Below are positions 52,823 to 62,809 of a stretch of 64,000 nucleotides of DNA, in pieces; positions within the stretch are counted from its first letter, which is position 1, and every line of letters starts with the position of its first letter. The translations under genes and the position numbers were made by a program. This DNA is from Escherichia phage rV5_ev158: sequence record LR694611, one strand, 5' to 3'. The notes below the pieces were generated by a model. The model worked only from the letters and a program-made list of their open reading frames with translations, was not told the DNA's origin and made no database searches.

Positions 52823-55559
52823 CTGTGATCTGGAACGGGACGCCCATCATTTTAGAAGCTTGCCAGAAGCAATGCACCACCATTTCACCCACAGGGCTCC
52901 AGATAAGTTCAAGCTTTCCGTCATCGTTCAGGATAGGATCGTACACCGTGTTTCCGTCTCTGTCAACCACTTCGTTTCCGTCCTCATCCTTGCGTGCCTT
53001 TTTGTACTTATGACCGTCGAACACATGAAGTTTGGCCTCCTGCTCTGCCTTAAATGCTTCCAGTTCTTCGATTGTGTCGAAGGTGTACACAGTCTTATAC
53101 TTCGGTGTGTCAGGGACTTGAAGCTGATATTCGTCATGGTAATAGATAATACGACGAACACCTTCATCGTACCACCCACGCTTCACCATTTGATGGTGCA
53201 TGAGTATCCCAACTAAGTCACACAACGATGCGCCGCCATTTTGTTGGTATGCATTAAGTAAAGAGTGTTTAGATCGGGTCCAGATAGCATGACCATCAAA
53301 AGAGTAGATAAACTTCTTACCCGTTGCTTCCCAGAATTTCTCCAGATCTTCTTTACGCCCCTTAAGACCAGGGTTGGCATCCCAGAGTGCATCGATTACC
53401 CTTTGTCCCAACTCTGGAGAGATGTCCAGCATATCTGCAACTTTATCTTTTTGTGCCCCATACATAACCCCATACGTGATAGGTTTACCGTCGTTACGAG
53501 ACACCTCTCTACCTGCTACTTTTGTATATGCCTCAGCATTGTTTTGGTGTGCGTCCCCGTTACTTACAACATCGTAATACAGGCCGTTGTCGAACTCAAA
53601 GGCACCCCAAGCCCCGATAAGCTGCTCTAAGTTGGACCCGTCAATACCGATCTCAAAGTATCCTGGAGGAACACCCCACAGACTACGCATCTCTTTACCC
53701 ATAACCACTTTAGGAGATGGTTTAGGCATGTTTGCACAAATACTGTGTTTCTGTCGGGAAGTGTTTGTTAATCCAGAACTTTTAGCAGGAAGCTTATGGT
53801 CAATCTTCAAACGTGGGTGATTAAGAAGACCAGTATCAACCTTATCCTCCTTGATTGGATCAAGGACCGATCTGCGGTTTCGCAATGATAACCACAAGAC
53901 GATATCTTTAGCCATCTCTCCGTTCAATTTTTCAAGATTCGGGCATAGGTGTCCAAACGTATCTTTCAGTTGCGGAGAAGTAATAAGTGCCCTAGCTTTT
54001 CTACGTATTTTCCCGAATACTTCCTTTTTAATCCTTTCGGAGTTAGGAAAGCTTCGGAACTTGTGCACGGTTGTCTGGAACTTAGCATCAGTTTTGTTCC
54101 AGAAGTTGATAATTAGGTCACAATACTCTGACTCTAAAAGCTCGTCCATATATGCATACACTCGTGCATCAACATCTGCATCAGGTAGAGCTTTCTTCTT
54201 GCTGTCTTTAGTTACATCCTTAGTTCTCCACATTGTCGGAAGCCAACCAGCACTGATCAGGTATCGCTTAATATCGTCCTGATTACTGATTTTCATAGGT
54301 ATCTTGCAGTCAGGCATTCGCTTCTGCTGTAGATCACTTATTGCCTGATCCATTAGCTCTTTAGGTAAAGGTTGTGGTGTGGAGGTGCCCTTGATATAGC
54401 CCCTCAAGAAATCCGCCATCTTATCAGGGTCTTTACAGCCCATCTCTTCACACCATTTTATCCCCATCTTACTGACATCTCCTGTGGAGGTAAATGCTCG
54501 CTTAGGAGGAGCTTTGAATTCTAAAGCACTCATGTCCACAGGGTAGCCAAGCTTGTCTTTTAACCATTTCCAACCATTATTGGAGATTGTCCCATCCTGG
54601 TTAAACGGCTTTTCAGGGAACTTAGGCCGCTGAGACATTGATAACTCTTTTAAAGGAAGTTGTGGTTCAACACGATCAGCGATCTCTTTCATCCACGCAT
54701 CGCAGCGGTCACGTAAAGCAATAGCCCCATCTATGTCGAAATACACACCCTGTCGAGCCTGCAGCTCCATCAGGAAATGCTGCAGCATGCCTCGGCGTAA
54801 TGCATTCTTCCAGGTAATCTTCTTGAATCCTTTAGGCTTCTCTTTGGCAGGGTCATACATAAAGTTCTGCATGTCAGATTTGCCGTAGAATACACCTTTT
54901 GATTCCGCTACCAACTCTTTCCAGAGCAACTCCTGGATGATAACGTCCTCGAACACACGATCCACATATTTCCACAGCGGAAGATCGCGCCAGTCATCAA
55001 TTTGAACTTTCTGGTTACCAAGGGCGTAGCCCCATGCCATAAGGCCGTGAGGACCAACAGGTTGCATTTTCTTAGTAACCGGGTTGAATACAGCGTCCGG
55101 ACAACCTTTTGGTAAAGGGCGATCAGGCCACAAGATTCGGCTCATAGCCAACGTATCAAACAGGTTAACCTGGTGGTCGTTGATAGTCCCCATGCATTTA
55201 GGATCACGGAACATATCAAAATGAATACCGGATAATCTTTCCATTAGCATAAAGTCATAACTGTAGCAGTTATGGCAGTTCAAAGCTGTTGGTGACCAGT
55301 CAGAATTGCCTGTAAGCCAACCTTCCAACTCCGAAAAATCTGCTATGCGAACTTCAAAATCTTTATAAAGAGTTTTCTTTGCCAGAATGAAGTTCTTAGC
55401 CTTTTCTATATCCTCCTCGGAGTAGTGTGTGCGGTCATTTAGAGGAAGGAACAGCATAAAACGGTTCTTATTCAGCTCTTTAAACAGACCGCAGTGATAA
55501 TAAAGATCTGGGTCTTCCAGCAAACCGGATGACTCAAAATCGAAAGACCACATACTCAT
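52782..55559 (-). CDS. family A DNA polymerase with 3'-5' exonuclease domain
   Basis: 925 aa; N-terminal FDFESSG (exo I DxE); PolA-like motif B KPITYGVMYGAQ and motif C YYHDEYQ. Confidence 0.8.
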   Translation of the reverse strand: MSMWSFDFESSGLLEDPDLYYHCGLFKELNKNRFMLFLPLNDRTHYSEEDIEKAKNFILAKKTLYKDFEVRIADFSELEGWLTGNSDWSPTALNCHNCYSYDFMLMERLSGIHFDMFRDPKCMGTINDHQVNLFDTLAMSRILWPDRPLPKGCPDAVFNPVTKKMQPVGPHGLMAWGYALGNQKVQIDDWRDLPLWKYVDRVFEDVIIQELLWKELVAESKGVFYGKSDMQNFMYDPAKEKPKGFKKITWKNALRRGMLQHFLMELQARQGVYFDIDGAIALRDRCDAWMKEIADRVEPQLPLKELSMSQRPKFPEKPFNQDGTISNNGWKWLKDKLGYPVDMSALEFKAPPKRAFTSTGDVSKMGIKWCEEMGCKDPDKMADFLRGYIKGTSTPQPLPKELMDQAISDLQQKRMPDCKIPMKISNQDDIKRYLISAGWLPTMWRTKDVTKDSKKKALPDADVDARVYAYMDELLESEYCDLIINFWNKTDAKFQTTVHKFRSFPNSERIKKEVFGKIRRKARALITSPQLKDTFGHLCPNLEKLNGEMAKDIVLWLSLRNRRSVLDPIKEDKVDTGLLNHPRLKIDHKLPAKSSGLTNTSRQKHSICANMPKPSPKVVMGKEMRSLWGVPPGYFEIGIDGSNLEQLIGAWGAFEFDNGLYYDVVSNGDAHQNNAEAYTKVAGREVSRNDGKPITYGVMYGAQKDKVADMLDISPELGQRVIDALWDANPGLKGRKEDLEKFWEATGKKFIYSFDGHAIWTRSKHSLLNAYQQNGGASLCDLVGILMHHQMVKRGWYDEGVRRIIYYHDEYQLQVPDTPKYKTVYTFDTIEELEAFKAEQEAKLHVFDGHKYKKARKDEDGNEVVDRDGNTVYDPILNDDGKLELIWSPVGEMVVHCFWQASKMMGVPFQITGEYLCGRNWGDCH

Positions 55560-55617
55560 ATACAGTTCTCCTTAAAGGGGAGGCGGTTGTACTACCCCTC
55601 CCACTCTTTGTTAAACA

Positions 55618-57696
55618 TTAAAAAGGCGTTTCATCATCCTCAAAACCAGGGACCGGGTCAGAGGATGGATCATCGTACTGGAGGTCTTCCTGCGTGTCAA
55701 CAGGCTTAACAGTAGGAGTTACAACCTTATCAGCCACAACCTTGCCCATAGGTGTTTCTACAACTGCATGCTCCTGATCCTCAAACATAGCCTGAGGTCT
55801 CCAAACAACCTCCCCACCTTCTCCGTCTGTAAACATTTGCATTTCTTTGTCCCAGTACCAATTACTGGCATCATGGAACTTACCTGTGTGCGGGTCCATA
55901 ACCAAAGTGTCAGCAATACCTAGAGTTTTTGCTGGACGGTTTTTAAGACCTACCAGACGGACACGTCCACGAGAACGATCCACCATTTCTTCGGCCTCGA
56001 CACCTATGACTACCCAACTCAACTGTTCAAGCCCCGCCGATCCTCGCAAATTCTCTTTTCGCACAGGATACCAGAAAGGTAACGGGTTACCATCCTTGTC
56101 CTTAGGAGGCACAATCTCTGTACGTTTGAGGTGAGCGATCACCAAGATAAACACGTTAAACTGCTTACAAAACGCAGCCAGCTGAGTCATAGCCATGTCC
56201 AGTTCTTTTCGCTCATCCTTAACATTAAGCCCTGAAATTACCATGGACAGGTGATCCAGCACAATATAACGGCAATGGTACAGGCAAACCATTTGCTTAA
56301 GCTTGGTAATCAACTCGTCCACCGGAATAGATCCGAAATGTTTGAACACTTTGATTTTTCCAGCTTTTGCCCATGATTGGTGAATCTCTGCGTGTTCTTG
56401 ATCAGTTAAAAACTGGCTAGGATCTTCAACAAACTCTTTAACATCAAACCCTAACTGGTTTGCATACAAGGAGTTAATTGCTTCCTCTGGGTCCTCCTCA
56501 AGATGGATCATACATAGACGATCATCCTCTTCATAGTCATCAGCCTTCGGGCATGTCGGGTCCATTAGGTATCTTGCAATACAATGTTCCAGTTTTTTAG
56601 CTACAGTTGTTTTACCGCCCCCTGATGGCCCTGTAAGCATTACGAGTGTCCCTTTGTGCAAGCCTTTTAGCATTTTTTGCAGTTTTGGGAACTCTGCGCT
56701 GATATCTACCCCGTTGGAAGTCTTTTTCCGCAAAGACTCGATAGAGAAGTCTTCTAAATCCGACACAGCATCAGGCACATATTTAACAGGGTGCCGGAAC
56801 ATGTTGACAATATCTTCCAGCTTTTTAGCCTTCAGCATGTCACGGATATCTTTTACCCCGTCAGGGTCATTTACTTCACCAGGGTATTCTACGTGGTAAA
56901 CGTTATCAGCCATCAAAAATGCTGCGATATTGTGCGTGGCCTCAACACCTTTAATGACGTGTTTTTGCTTCTCTACCTCGTTAGCTGCATCGTTATCCAT
57001 TGCCAGCACAACTGTTCCATAGCTACGGATAAACTTCTCATTGTTTGCAAAAGTATCTACTGCGTTTGCACATCCACAGTTAATTCCAACAAAAGGCAGG
57101 CAGGGTTTTCCTGCCAGATCACCACCGTTGATAACTGCGTCGATCCCGTCCTGGACCTCTTTAGCCCACTGCTTCACCTTTGCCGGGGCTTTAGCGTTGG
57201 TGAGAATCCCTTTTACTTGTATCTGATATGCAGCCTGCCATGCTGCAATAACATCACCTTCTCCCTCACAAACGTTAATCTGCTTACGGTTGTTGGAAGA
57301 TGCACACAGCTTTTGACCAAACATCTGGGAGTTGGCCTTTACGATGCCAACAACGGAGAAGTGGCCCCTTTGTTCTTTAGGAATAGTCCAGTCACGCTTT
57401 TTGAAACCGGACAGATTTCCGTAGCGGTCGTAATATGGGAAATATGTTGCAGTGACTGTCACACCGTCTTCTTGTGACAATGCTGATCGCACACCAAAAT
57501 ATTGTGCAGCCATCAGACCGATATTTTGTTGTGGGACAGGGACAATTTTAGTATTTTCTAAAACAGTCTCTACAGTTTCAACTTCTTTTTCATCACGATA
57601 GTCTCGTTTCACACTTCCCCCACTTTTATACTTAGTTGCTTTCGGGTTTGGCTCACCGAAACGGTTGTATGCAGATGCCATAAATTTACTTCCCAT
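55618..57696 (-). CDS. primase-helicase (TOPRIM primase plus DnaB/gp4-like helicase)
   Basis: 692 aa; TOPRIM-like VVLAMDNDAAN; Walker A LTGPSGGGKTT; Walker B-like IVLDHLSMV. Confidence 0.75.
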   Translation of the reverse strand: MGSKFMASAYNRFGEPNPKATKYKSGGSVKRDYRDEKEVETVETVLENTKIVPVPQQNIGLMAAQYFGVRSALSQEDGVTVTATYFPYYDRYGNLSGFKKRDWTIPKEQRGHFSVVGIVKANSQMFGQKLCASSNNRKQINVCEGEGDVIAAWQAAYQIQVKGILTNAKAPAKVKQWAKEVQDGIDAVINGGDLAGKPCLPFVGINCGCANAVDTFANNEKFIRSYGTVVLAMDNDAANEVEKQKHVIKGVEATHNIAAFLMADNVYHVEYPGEVNDPDGVKDIRDMLKAKKLEDIVNMFRHPVKYVPDAVSDLEDFSIESLRKKTSNGVDISAEFPKLQKMLKGLHKGTLVMLTGPSGGGKTTVAKKLEHCIARYLMDPTCPKADDYEEDDRLCMIHLEEDPEEAINSLYANQLGFDVKEFVEDPSQFLTDQEHAEIHQSWAKAGKIKVFKHFGSIPVDELITKLKQMVCLYHCRYIVLDHLSMVISGLNVKDERKELDMAMTQLAAFCKQFNVFILVIAHLKRTEIVPPKDKDGNPLPFWYPVRKENLRGSAGLEQLSWVVIGVEAEEMVDRSRGRVRLVGLKNRPAKTLGIADTLVMDPHTGKFHDASNWYWDKEMQMFTDGEGGEVVWRPQAMFEDQEHAVVETPMGKVVADKVVTPTVKPVDTQEDLQYDDPSSDPVPGFEDDETPF

Positions 57697-58480
57697 TAAT
57701 TCTGCTCCTTACTACAGGCTCGTTTGCTAGGAATACGGCTTTTGCCCAGCCACGTGGTGTGAGGCTTCGGATCATCTTCGTTCTTGCACTCTTTCCACCC
57801 AGCTTGGCGTGTTGCATGGAATACCCGCTAACCGCGTCAACTATTTGCGGGACAGGTTTTGTGGCCGGGATTATAAATCCATTACCTATCCAGCCGCAAG
57901 TTATTTTTGGATAGGCATCACGTGGAGCTATAAATTCAGGAAACCAGGGGTTTACATCATCCTCCGGTAAATACCCGCCATAGTCAGAAGGGTGAAAACG
58001 GTAATCAGGTTTGCGCCACAGTGTGGACATAACACCCACAGGATTCTCTACATGCCACGGGCAATCGTAAATCTCTCCCAACTCTTCTGCAACCCGAGCA
58101 TCCTTTACAGCATTAATCTGGATCAGCGGGTCCTTAGCCAGCTTCTTCTTAAAGTGTGCAGCACCTGACACCGCTAAGTGGGTGCACGGAGGAAATGCAA
58201 GAACAAAGTCCGGAGCTGGGTACATGCAGAAAGTTTCCTGAGGGAACCATGGATCAATCCAATAATCTACATAGTGAATATTTGGATGATCGGTGATCAC
58301 CTCTGCATAACTGCCGTGGTCAGCACCTTCTGCGTTAAAGCACAGGCACAGATATCCAGCTTTTGCCCAGTCAATGACTGCACCGCCAGATCCGTCAAAT
58401 AGACTCCACACAACACCTTTGTGGTAGTGTTCTTTATAGATAAATTTCAATTTGCTGTCTCCTAATGCAAAAAGCCCCAC
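57686..58480 (-). CDS. C5-cytosine methyltransferase-like protein (short)
   Basis: LFDGSGG (motif I FxGxG), AFPPC (motif IV PC) and HVENPVG (motif VI ENV) in C5-MTase order; only 264 aa. Confidence 0.45.
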   Translation of the reverse strand: MGLFALGDSKLKFIYKEHYHKGVVWSLFDGSGGAVIDWAKAGYLCLCFNAEGADHGSYAEVITDHPNIHYVDYWIDPWFPQETFCMYPAPDFVLAFPPCTHLAVSGAAHFKKKLAKDPLIQINAVKDARVAEELGEIYDCPWHVENPVGVMSTLWRKPDYRFHPSDYGGYLPEDDVNPWFPEFIAPRDAYPKITCGWIGNGFIIPATKPVPQIVDAVSGYSMQHAKLGGKSARTKMIRSLTPRGWAKAVFLANEPVVRSRINGK

Positions 58481-58495
58481 CCTTTCGGGCAGGGC
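58468..58495 (-). terminator. Rho-independent terminator (repeated element, copy 2)
   Basis: Identical GCCCCACCCTTTCGGGCAGGGC hairpin. Confidence 0.55.
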
Positions 58496-58501
58496 CTAGT
58501 G

Positions 58502-58984
58502 TTAAACCCGGATACCTATTGTATACTCGGTGGATACCAATGTCAAATCTAAATTTAAAATTTCTTGCATCTCATAGTATGCATCCAGGGTGAGATACAT
58601 TTCCCCATCCTTTTCTACATACTTGTCCAAGTGCTTGAGGCATTTCGGATAACTATCAAGGGCAGCCTTTAGGCACTCAAACTCTGTGCTGTTGATGAGT
58701 CCTTCCATCTTGGCTACCCGTTCTGGGGTAACGATAGCACTGTAGTGAGATTTAGCTTCCTGGATGCAATGGGTCCAAGCATCAACTTTCTCTTCGAAAA
58801 GTCCGAAGAACTTCTTTTTGGTGAGCTTCAGATTCTTTAAGTGCTTAAGCACTCGGTTACCGATCACAGCCACATCACGAAACTTAAGGATCACTTTGTC
58901 GATATCCTCGCGGCCTATTTTCACAAAGCAAGCCTCACACATTTCAGGAGCTGCGTAACCTACTTTCCACATAAAATCTGACAT
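58502..58984 (-). CDS. hypothetical protein
   Basis: 160 aa. Confidence 0.5.
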   Translation of the reverse strand: MSDFMWKVGYAAPEMCEACFVKIGREDIDKVILKFRDVAVIGNRVLKHLKNLKLTKKKFFGLFEEKVDAWTHCIQEAKSHYSAIVTPERVAKMEGLINSTEFECLKAALDSYPKCLKHLDKYVEKDGEMYLTLDAYYEMQEILNLDLTLVSTEYTIGIRV

Positions 58985-58996
58985 AACACTATCCCC

Positions 58997-59395
58997 TTAT
59001 TCTTCCTGAAAAGCAACGATATCATATGAACTTGCAGACGATCCTGGTGAAGAATGACTCCAGTCTAGGTCATCAGAGTAGTCAGCGTACTGTGCACCAC
59101 TACGTAGTTTATATTTTACCCACTTACCTGGTGCAGGGTTTTCACCACCTTCCCATACTTCCCAGCCTTCTGGCAGGCCGTCCTGGGGATAGTCATCCAC
59201 CTCACTAATAATCTTAGGGTTTGGCACCAAGATCCCTGCAGGCTCTTCCTTCCGGATAAGTGTCCACACAACGTAGGTGTCTGAGCAGGCGCATGATAGC
59301 AAAGTATATCCACTATTCAGAACTTCTGCAAGCTCTTTTTCAGCATCTTCCAATTTGGTTAAGTGGTATTGGATAACCTTCACACCTGTAATCAT
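58997..59395 (-). CDS. hypothetical protein
   Basis: 132 aa. Confidence 0.5.
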   Translation of the reverse strand: MITGVKVIQYHLTKLEDAEKELAEVLNSGYTLLSCACSDTYVVWTLIRKEEPAGILVPNPKIISEVDDYPQDGLPEGWEVWEGGENPAPGKWVKYKLRSGAQYADYSDDLDWSHSSPGSSASSYDIVAFQEE

Positions 59396-59739
59396 CAGAA
59401 ACCTCCCACTTCTTCAGCAAATGCAGCTGCTGTCGTCGCTGCATCCAGATAGGACTCTAGTTCACGGGCTGCACGTTTGTAAATTGAGTGTCGCAAATCG
59501 TTTGGCAGTTGGTGGAAGTCCACCTCTTCACCGTTGTGGTAAACATGCACATCGGTAATTTGTCTAAATCCGTAATAGTCAACATCAGAATCACGGCACT
59601 CTGGGTCTGGCAACTGGACAACTGCCTGAGCTTCCACAGTGAACATATCGTCAAGTTCGAAATCGATTTCAAAAGTGTATGGTTTATAACATTTCATCAT
59701 TTGATTGTACTCTTTATTGATCAGACTTATCTTTCGCAA
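59395..59739 (-). CDS. hypothetical protein
   Basis: 114 aa. Confidence 0.45.
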   Translation of the reverse strand: MRKISLINKEYNQMMKCYKPYTFEIDFELDDMFTVEAQAVVQLPDPECRDSDVDYYGFRQITDVHVYHNGEEVDFHQLPNDLRHSIYKRAARELESYLDAATTAAAFAEEVGGF

Positions 59740-61039
59740 TTAAGGTCGGGGCAAGTTTGTAATAACGGAAGCCACCACCACCTTGCCAGTTTACAGACTT
59801 AGAAATACCACCTTGATCTTCACCATCGATCACTTTTTCCAAGCGCGGAATAATATGGGTATGACAATGATCACCTAGCTCGATTGAGATCCAACGTCTT
59901 TTCATCTTGTGAGCTACAGCAGCAGTAGTTCCCGAACCACCGAATGAATCCAATACCAAATAGCCTTCTCGCGTACACATTTCGAAAATTCGCTTCAAAA
60001 GCGCTTCTGGTTTTTTCCCATTTTTGAAACTAACGCCGCCTTCATTTGCTATTCCATTCCAACTAATGTCTGTCCAAACATCAGTTATTAGTTCCGCAGG
60101 TTGCATATCACCGTCAATTTCCAAAAGCCTGTTGGAGTAAAAGACCATTTGCCTACCATTTACGATATAAAATCCTTCAACATCTTCATTTGGATGTACA
60201 TAAACCTTATCCCTATCTTTCTTTGACTTCTCGATAGTTTCTTTTCTCTTTATTTTAGCACCACCGCCGATTGCAACAGATTGAAATACACGTTCTGCAT
60301 TATCAATTGCGAATTGTGCTAATTCATCATCGAATGTATCAGGCAGTTTTTTCTTGGCCTCTTTTGCATCTTTATAGCCATTGGCCTTTGCAAACGCATC
60401 GGCAATACCGCACCACGTCCAATTTTTATAATGGTCATCCGGGTTTAATAGGTATTTGTTATATCCTGTATCGTACCCTTTAGGTATATAGATTTTGTTA
60501 AGCGGTTTCTGGGTGCGATCTTTTGCATATACAAGCAAAAAGTTTGCTGTGGAGAAAACTGTGGCTCCTGTTGCCTTAAATCCCGAAGGGGAATTTGTGG
60601 TCATCGATATGGTATTTAACTGATTTGCACGACCAAAAATCTCGTCCATCAAAACTTTTAAATACGCCATTTCGCAATCATCTAAGTGAACGAATATTAC
60701 CCCATCATCACTTAGAAGATTACGAATTATTTCTAACCTATCCCTCATTAAGCCCAGCCAAATGGAATGCTCCAGGCTATCATCGTAGTGCTCAAAAGCC
60801 CTCCCGGTATTGAATGGCGGGTCTATGTAAACACACTTCACTTTGCCTGCATACTCTTGCTCTAGCGCCTTCAATGCTAATAAGTTATCTCCAAAAATCA
60901 GTTTATTATCAAAAATATCGTTTTCGGTCACTTTCTGGCTGCGGTAAGACTTGCTAGAATCTTCTAATAAAATGTGCGGCTCTAACTTTTTGCGCTCGTT
61001 TTTACCTATCCAGGTAAGTTCTAATTTGGTTTTGCTCAT
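59714..61039 (-). CDS. DNA methyltransferase (N6-adenine or N4-cytosine, beta-class motif order)
   Basis: VYIDPPFNTG (motif IV) near N-terminus and LVLDSFGGSGTT (motif I) near C-terminus; AAGGAGAG upstream. Confidence 0.7.
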   Translation of the reverse strand: MSKTKLELTWIGKNERKKLEPHILLEDSSKSYRSQKVTENDIFDNKLIFGDNLLALKALEQEYAGKVKCVYIDPPFNTGRAFEHYDDSLEHSIWLGLMRDRLEIIRNLLSDDGVIFVHLDDCEMAYLKVLMDEIFGRANQLNTISMTTNSPSGFKATGATVFSTANFLLVYAKDRTQKPLNKIYIPKGYDTGYNKYLLNPDDHYKNWTWCGIADAFAKANGYKDAKEAKKKLPDTFDDELAQFAIDNAERVFQSVAIGGGAKIKRKETIEKSKKDRDKVYVHPNEDVEGFYIVNGRQMVFYSNRLLEIDGDMQPAELITDVWTDISWNGIANEGGVSFKNGKKPEALLKRIFEMCTREGYLVLDSFGGSGTTAAVAHKMKRRWISIELGDHCHTHIIPRLEKVIDGEDQGGISKSVNWQGGGGFRYYKLAPTLIAKDKSDQ

Positions 61040-61100
61040 CGTTTGGTGCTCTCCTTAGTTTTTTGTGGGGAGGAGGCCTCCCCTTTATACTCACATCTTA

Positions 61101-61442
61101 CTACTCAAGGTCTTCAGAGTCAAGCTCAAAAAGAATCAAACTGTGCATGCCTGCAGATAGATTAACACACCCTGCAACAATAAGGGTCTGATAGTAAGGT
61201 TCAGCACCCTCGATGTCTTCGTTAAAATCCACAACAAGGTAGTCACCTTTGTTAAAGGTGTATTTGTCCGATGTAAACGCAAAACCTGCCCAGTCCCCTA
61301 CTGCAGGGTCTTTATCAGTCACCTTTGTTAACAGTAGATCTTTTTCACGGGATCTTTTAGTAAAATCGTGAATCACAACATCCTTCTCTTCAGGAGTTGG
61401 ATTGCCACACACGTAGTTAACTATATTTCTCCACAAACTCAT
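61101..61442 (-). CDS. hypothetical protein
   Basis: 113 aa. Confidence 0.45.
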   Translation of the reverse strand: MSLWRNIVNYVCGNPTPEEKDVVIHDFTKRSREKDLLLTKVTDKDPAVGDWAGFAFTSDKYTFNKGDYLVVDFNEDIEGAEPYYQTLIVAGCVNLSAGMHSLILFELDSEDLE

Positions 61443-62809
61443 ACGTCCCCCTCTTCGGCTCTGGTTTCAAAATCTTTCCTGACAATTTTGTCTAAGTCAG
61501 GGAATGTTGTATTGTAAAACTCTACGACTCGCGGGTCAACAATAATGTCAACTTCTCTTAGTGGACGCAACAAGTTTATCCCTTGTATTGTCTTAACTCT
61601 ACTCAGAGCGACATACGTCATCCCAGGAGAGAAAGCTCCGTTCTTTCCAAGGTCTAGGTTGTAACAATCTAGCGTAAGTCCTTGACTTTTATGAGATGTT
61701 ACGGCGTACCCAGATTTCAGAGGAAGTTGCTTGTATGATCCAATCACTACCCTCTCTATAAACTTCTCCATCTTCCTTTCTGCAATGTTGTATCTCTGAG
61801 ATGGCTTATACTCGTTATTTTCCCACAACCTCTGCTCTATGTCAACCTGTGTTCCATCTTCAAGCTCTACCACCACCGCCTTGTTCTTAAATTTAACAAT
61901 TGTGGCACGTGTTCCGTTAACATAATAAGGTACTTTGTGCGTCGGGTCAACATCGTTGGCGGTTATCATAACTTTCATGCCAATTTTCAACTTCATCTCC
62001 TGCTCAACTGGCAGGGTGGAGGGAAACTTACCCTTCATTTCACCAGTGTATACCTTCTCTGGGCCATTGATGGCATCATAGAACCTTCTGTTCACTTCCT
62101 CTGCTTGTTTGTTGGTGGCGCAAATTGTGAGAGCGTCTGTTGGTACACCGCCTTTGTAACAGCGAGCATTAAGTTCTGCTACAACCTCTTTTATGCGACG
62201 ACCCTCACGAACACAGTTGAGCATTGTGGCAAATCGAATAGACTCCTGTCGGAACTGGTCTATTAGGGCTATGTTGTGAAGGTCCAGCTCTTTCCAAGAT
62301 TCGGTATAGCAACATAGGTCTGTGTGGTAGAAGTTGAAGTAGGCCTCCTTCTCCATAGAAGAGACAACAGGAGGTGCCTGGTAAAAATCGCCAAACAATA
62401 TGACCTGTATGCCTCCGAAAGGTTTGTCATTTTTTCGAAGGAAGCGGAGTTTCCTATCCATCTCTATAAACTTATCAGCACGGATCATAGAGATTTCATC
62501 GATAATTAGGATGGTAAATGCCTTGCTTTTCAAAGGCTTTGCTGTTTTTGCCCTTATTGCAGTCCAGTCAGACTCCATGCTCACACCTGCTGCAAGATCG
62601 AAGGTTCGGTGTGCTGTTGCTCCATTAACGTTTAAAGCGGCTACCCCTGTCGGGGCAACCGTTATGCAAGAGTCTCCATACATTGACTGGATCATGTTGA
62701 TGAGGTACGTCTTCCCACAACCTGCGGGTCCTGAAACGAAGACATTCTCCCCACTCATGATTGCAACAAGGGCAGCATCTGTGCCTACATCATACTGCCC
62801 TTTTTCCAT
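61439..62809 (-). CDS. SF1B helicase (Dda/RecD/Pif1-like)
   Basis: Walker A VSGPAGCGKTY, Walker B ILIIDEISMI, C-terminal VTSHKSQGLT. Confidence 0.75.
   Translation of the reverse strand: MEKGQYDVGTDAALVAIMSGENVFVSGPAGCGKTYLINMIQSMYGDSCITVAPTGVAALNVNGATAHRTFDLAAGVSMESDWTAIRAKTAKPLKSKAFTILIIDEISMIRADKFIEMDRKLRFLRKNDKPFGGIQVILFGDFYQAPPVVSSMEKEAYFNFYHTDLCCYTESWKELDLHNIALIDQFRQESIRFATMLNCVREGRRIKEVVAELNARCYKGGVPTDALTICATNKQAEEVNRRFYDAINGPEKVYTGEMKGKFPSTLPVEQEMKLKIGMKVMITANDVDPTHKVPYYVNGTRATIVKFKNKAVVVELEDGTQVDIEQRLWENNEYKPSQRYNIAERKMEKFIERVVIGSYKQLPLKSGYAVTSHKSQGLTLDCYNLDLGKNGAFSPGMTYVALSRVKTIQGINLLRPLREVDIIVDPRVVEFYNTTFPDLDKIVRKDFETRAEEGDV

Noticed and set aside
52785-57477. Plus-strand ORFs inside the DNA polymerase and primase-helicase genes (for example 52785-53216, 53851-54282, 56791-57477)
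   Set aside because: Antisense to long, motif-supported minus-strand genes; Cys/Ser-rich junk-like translations.
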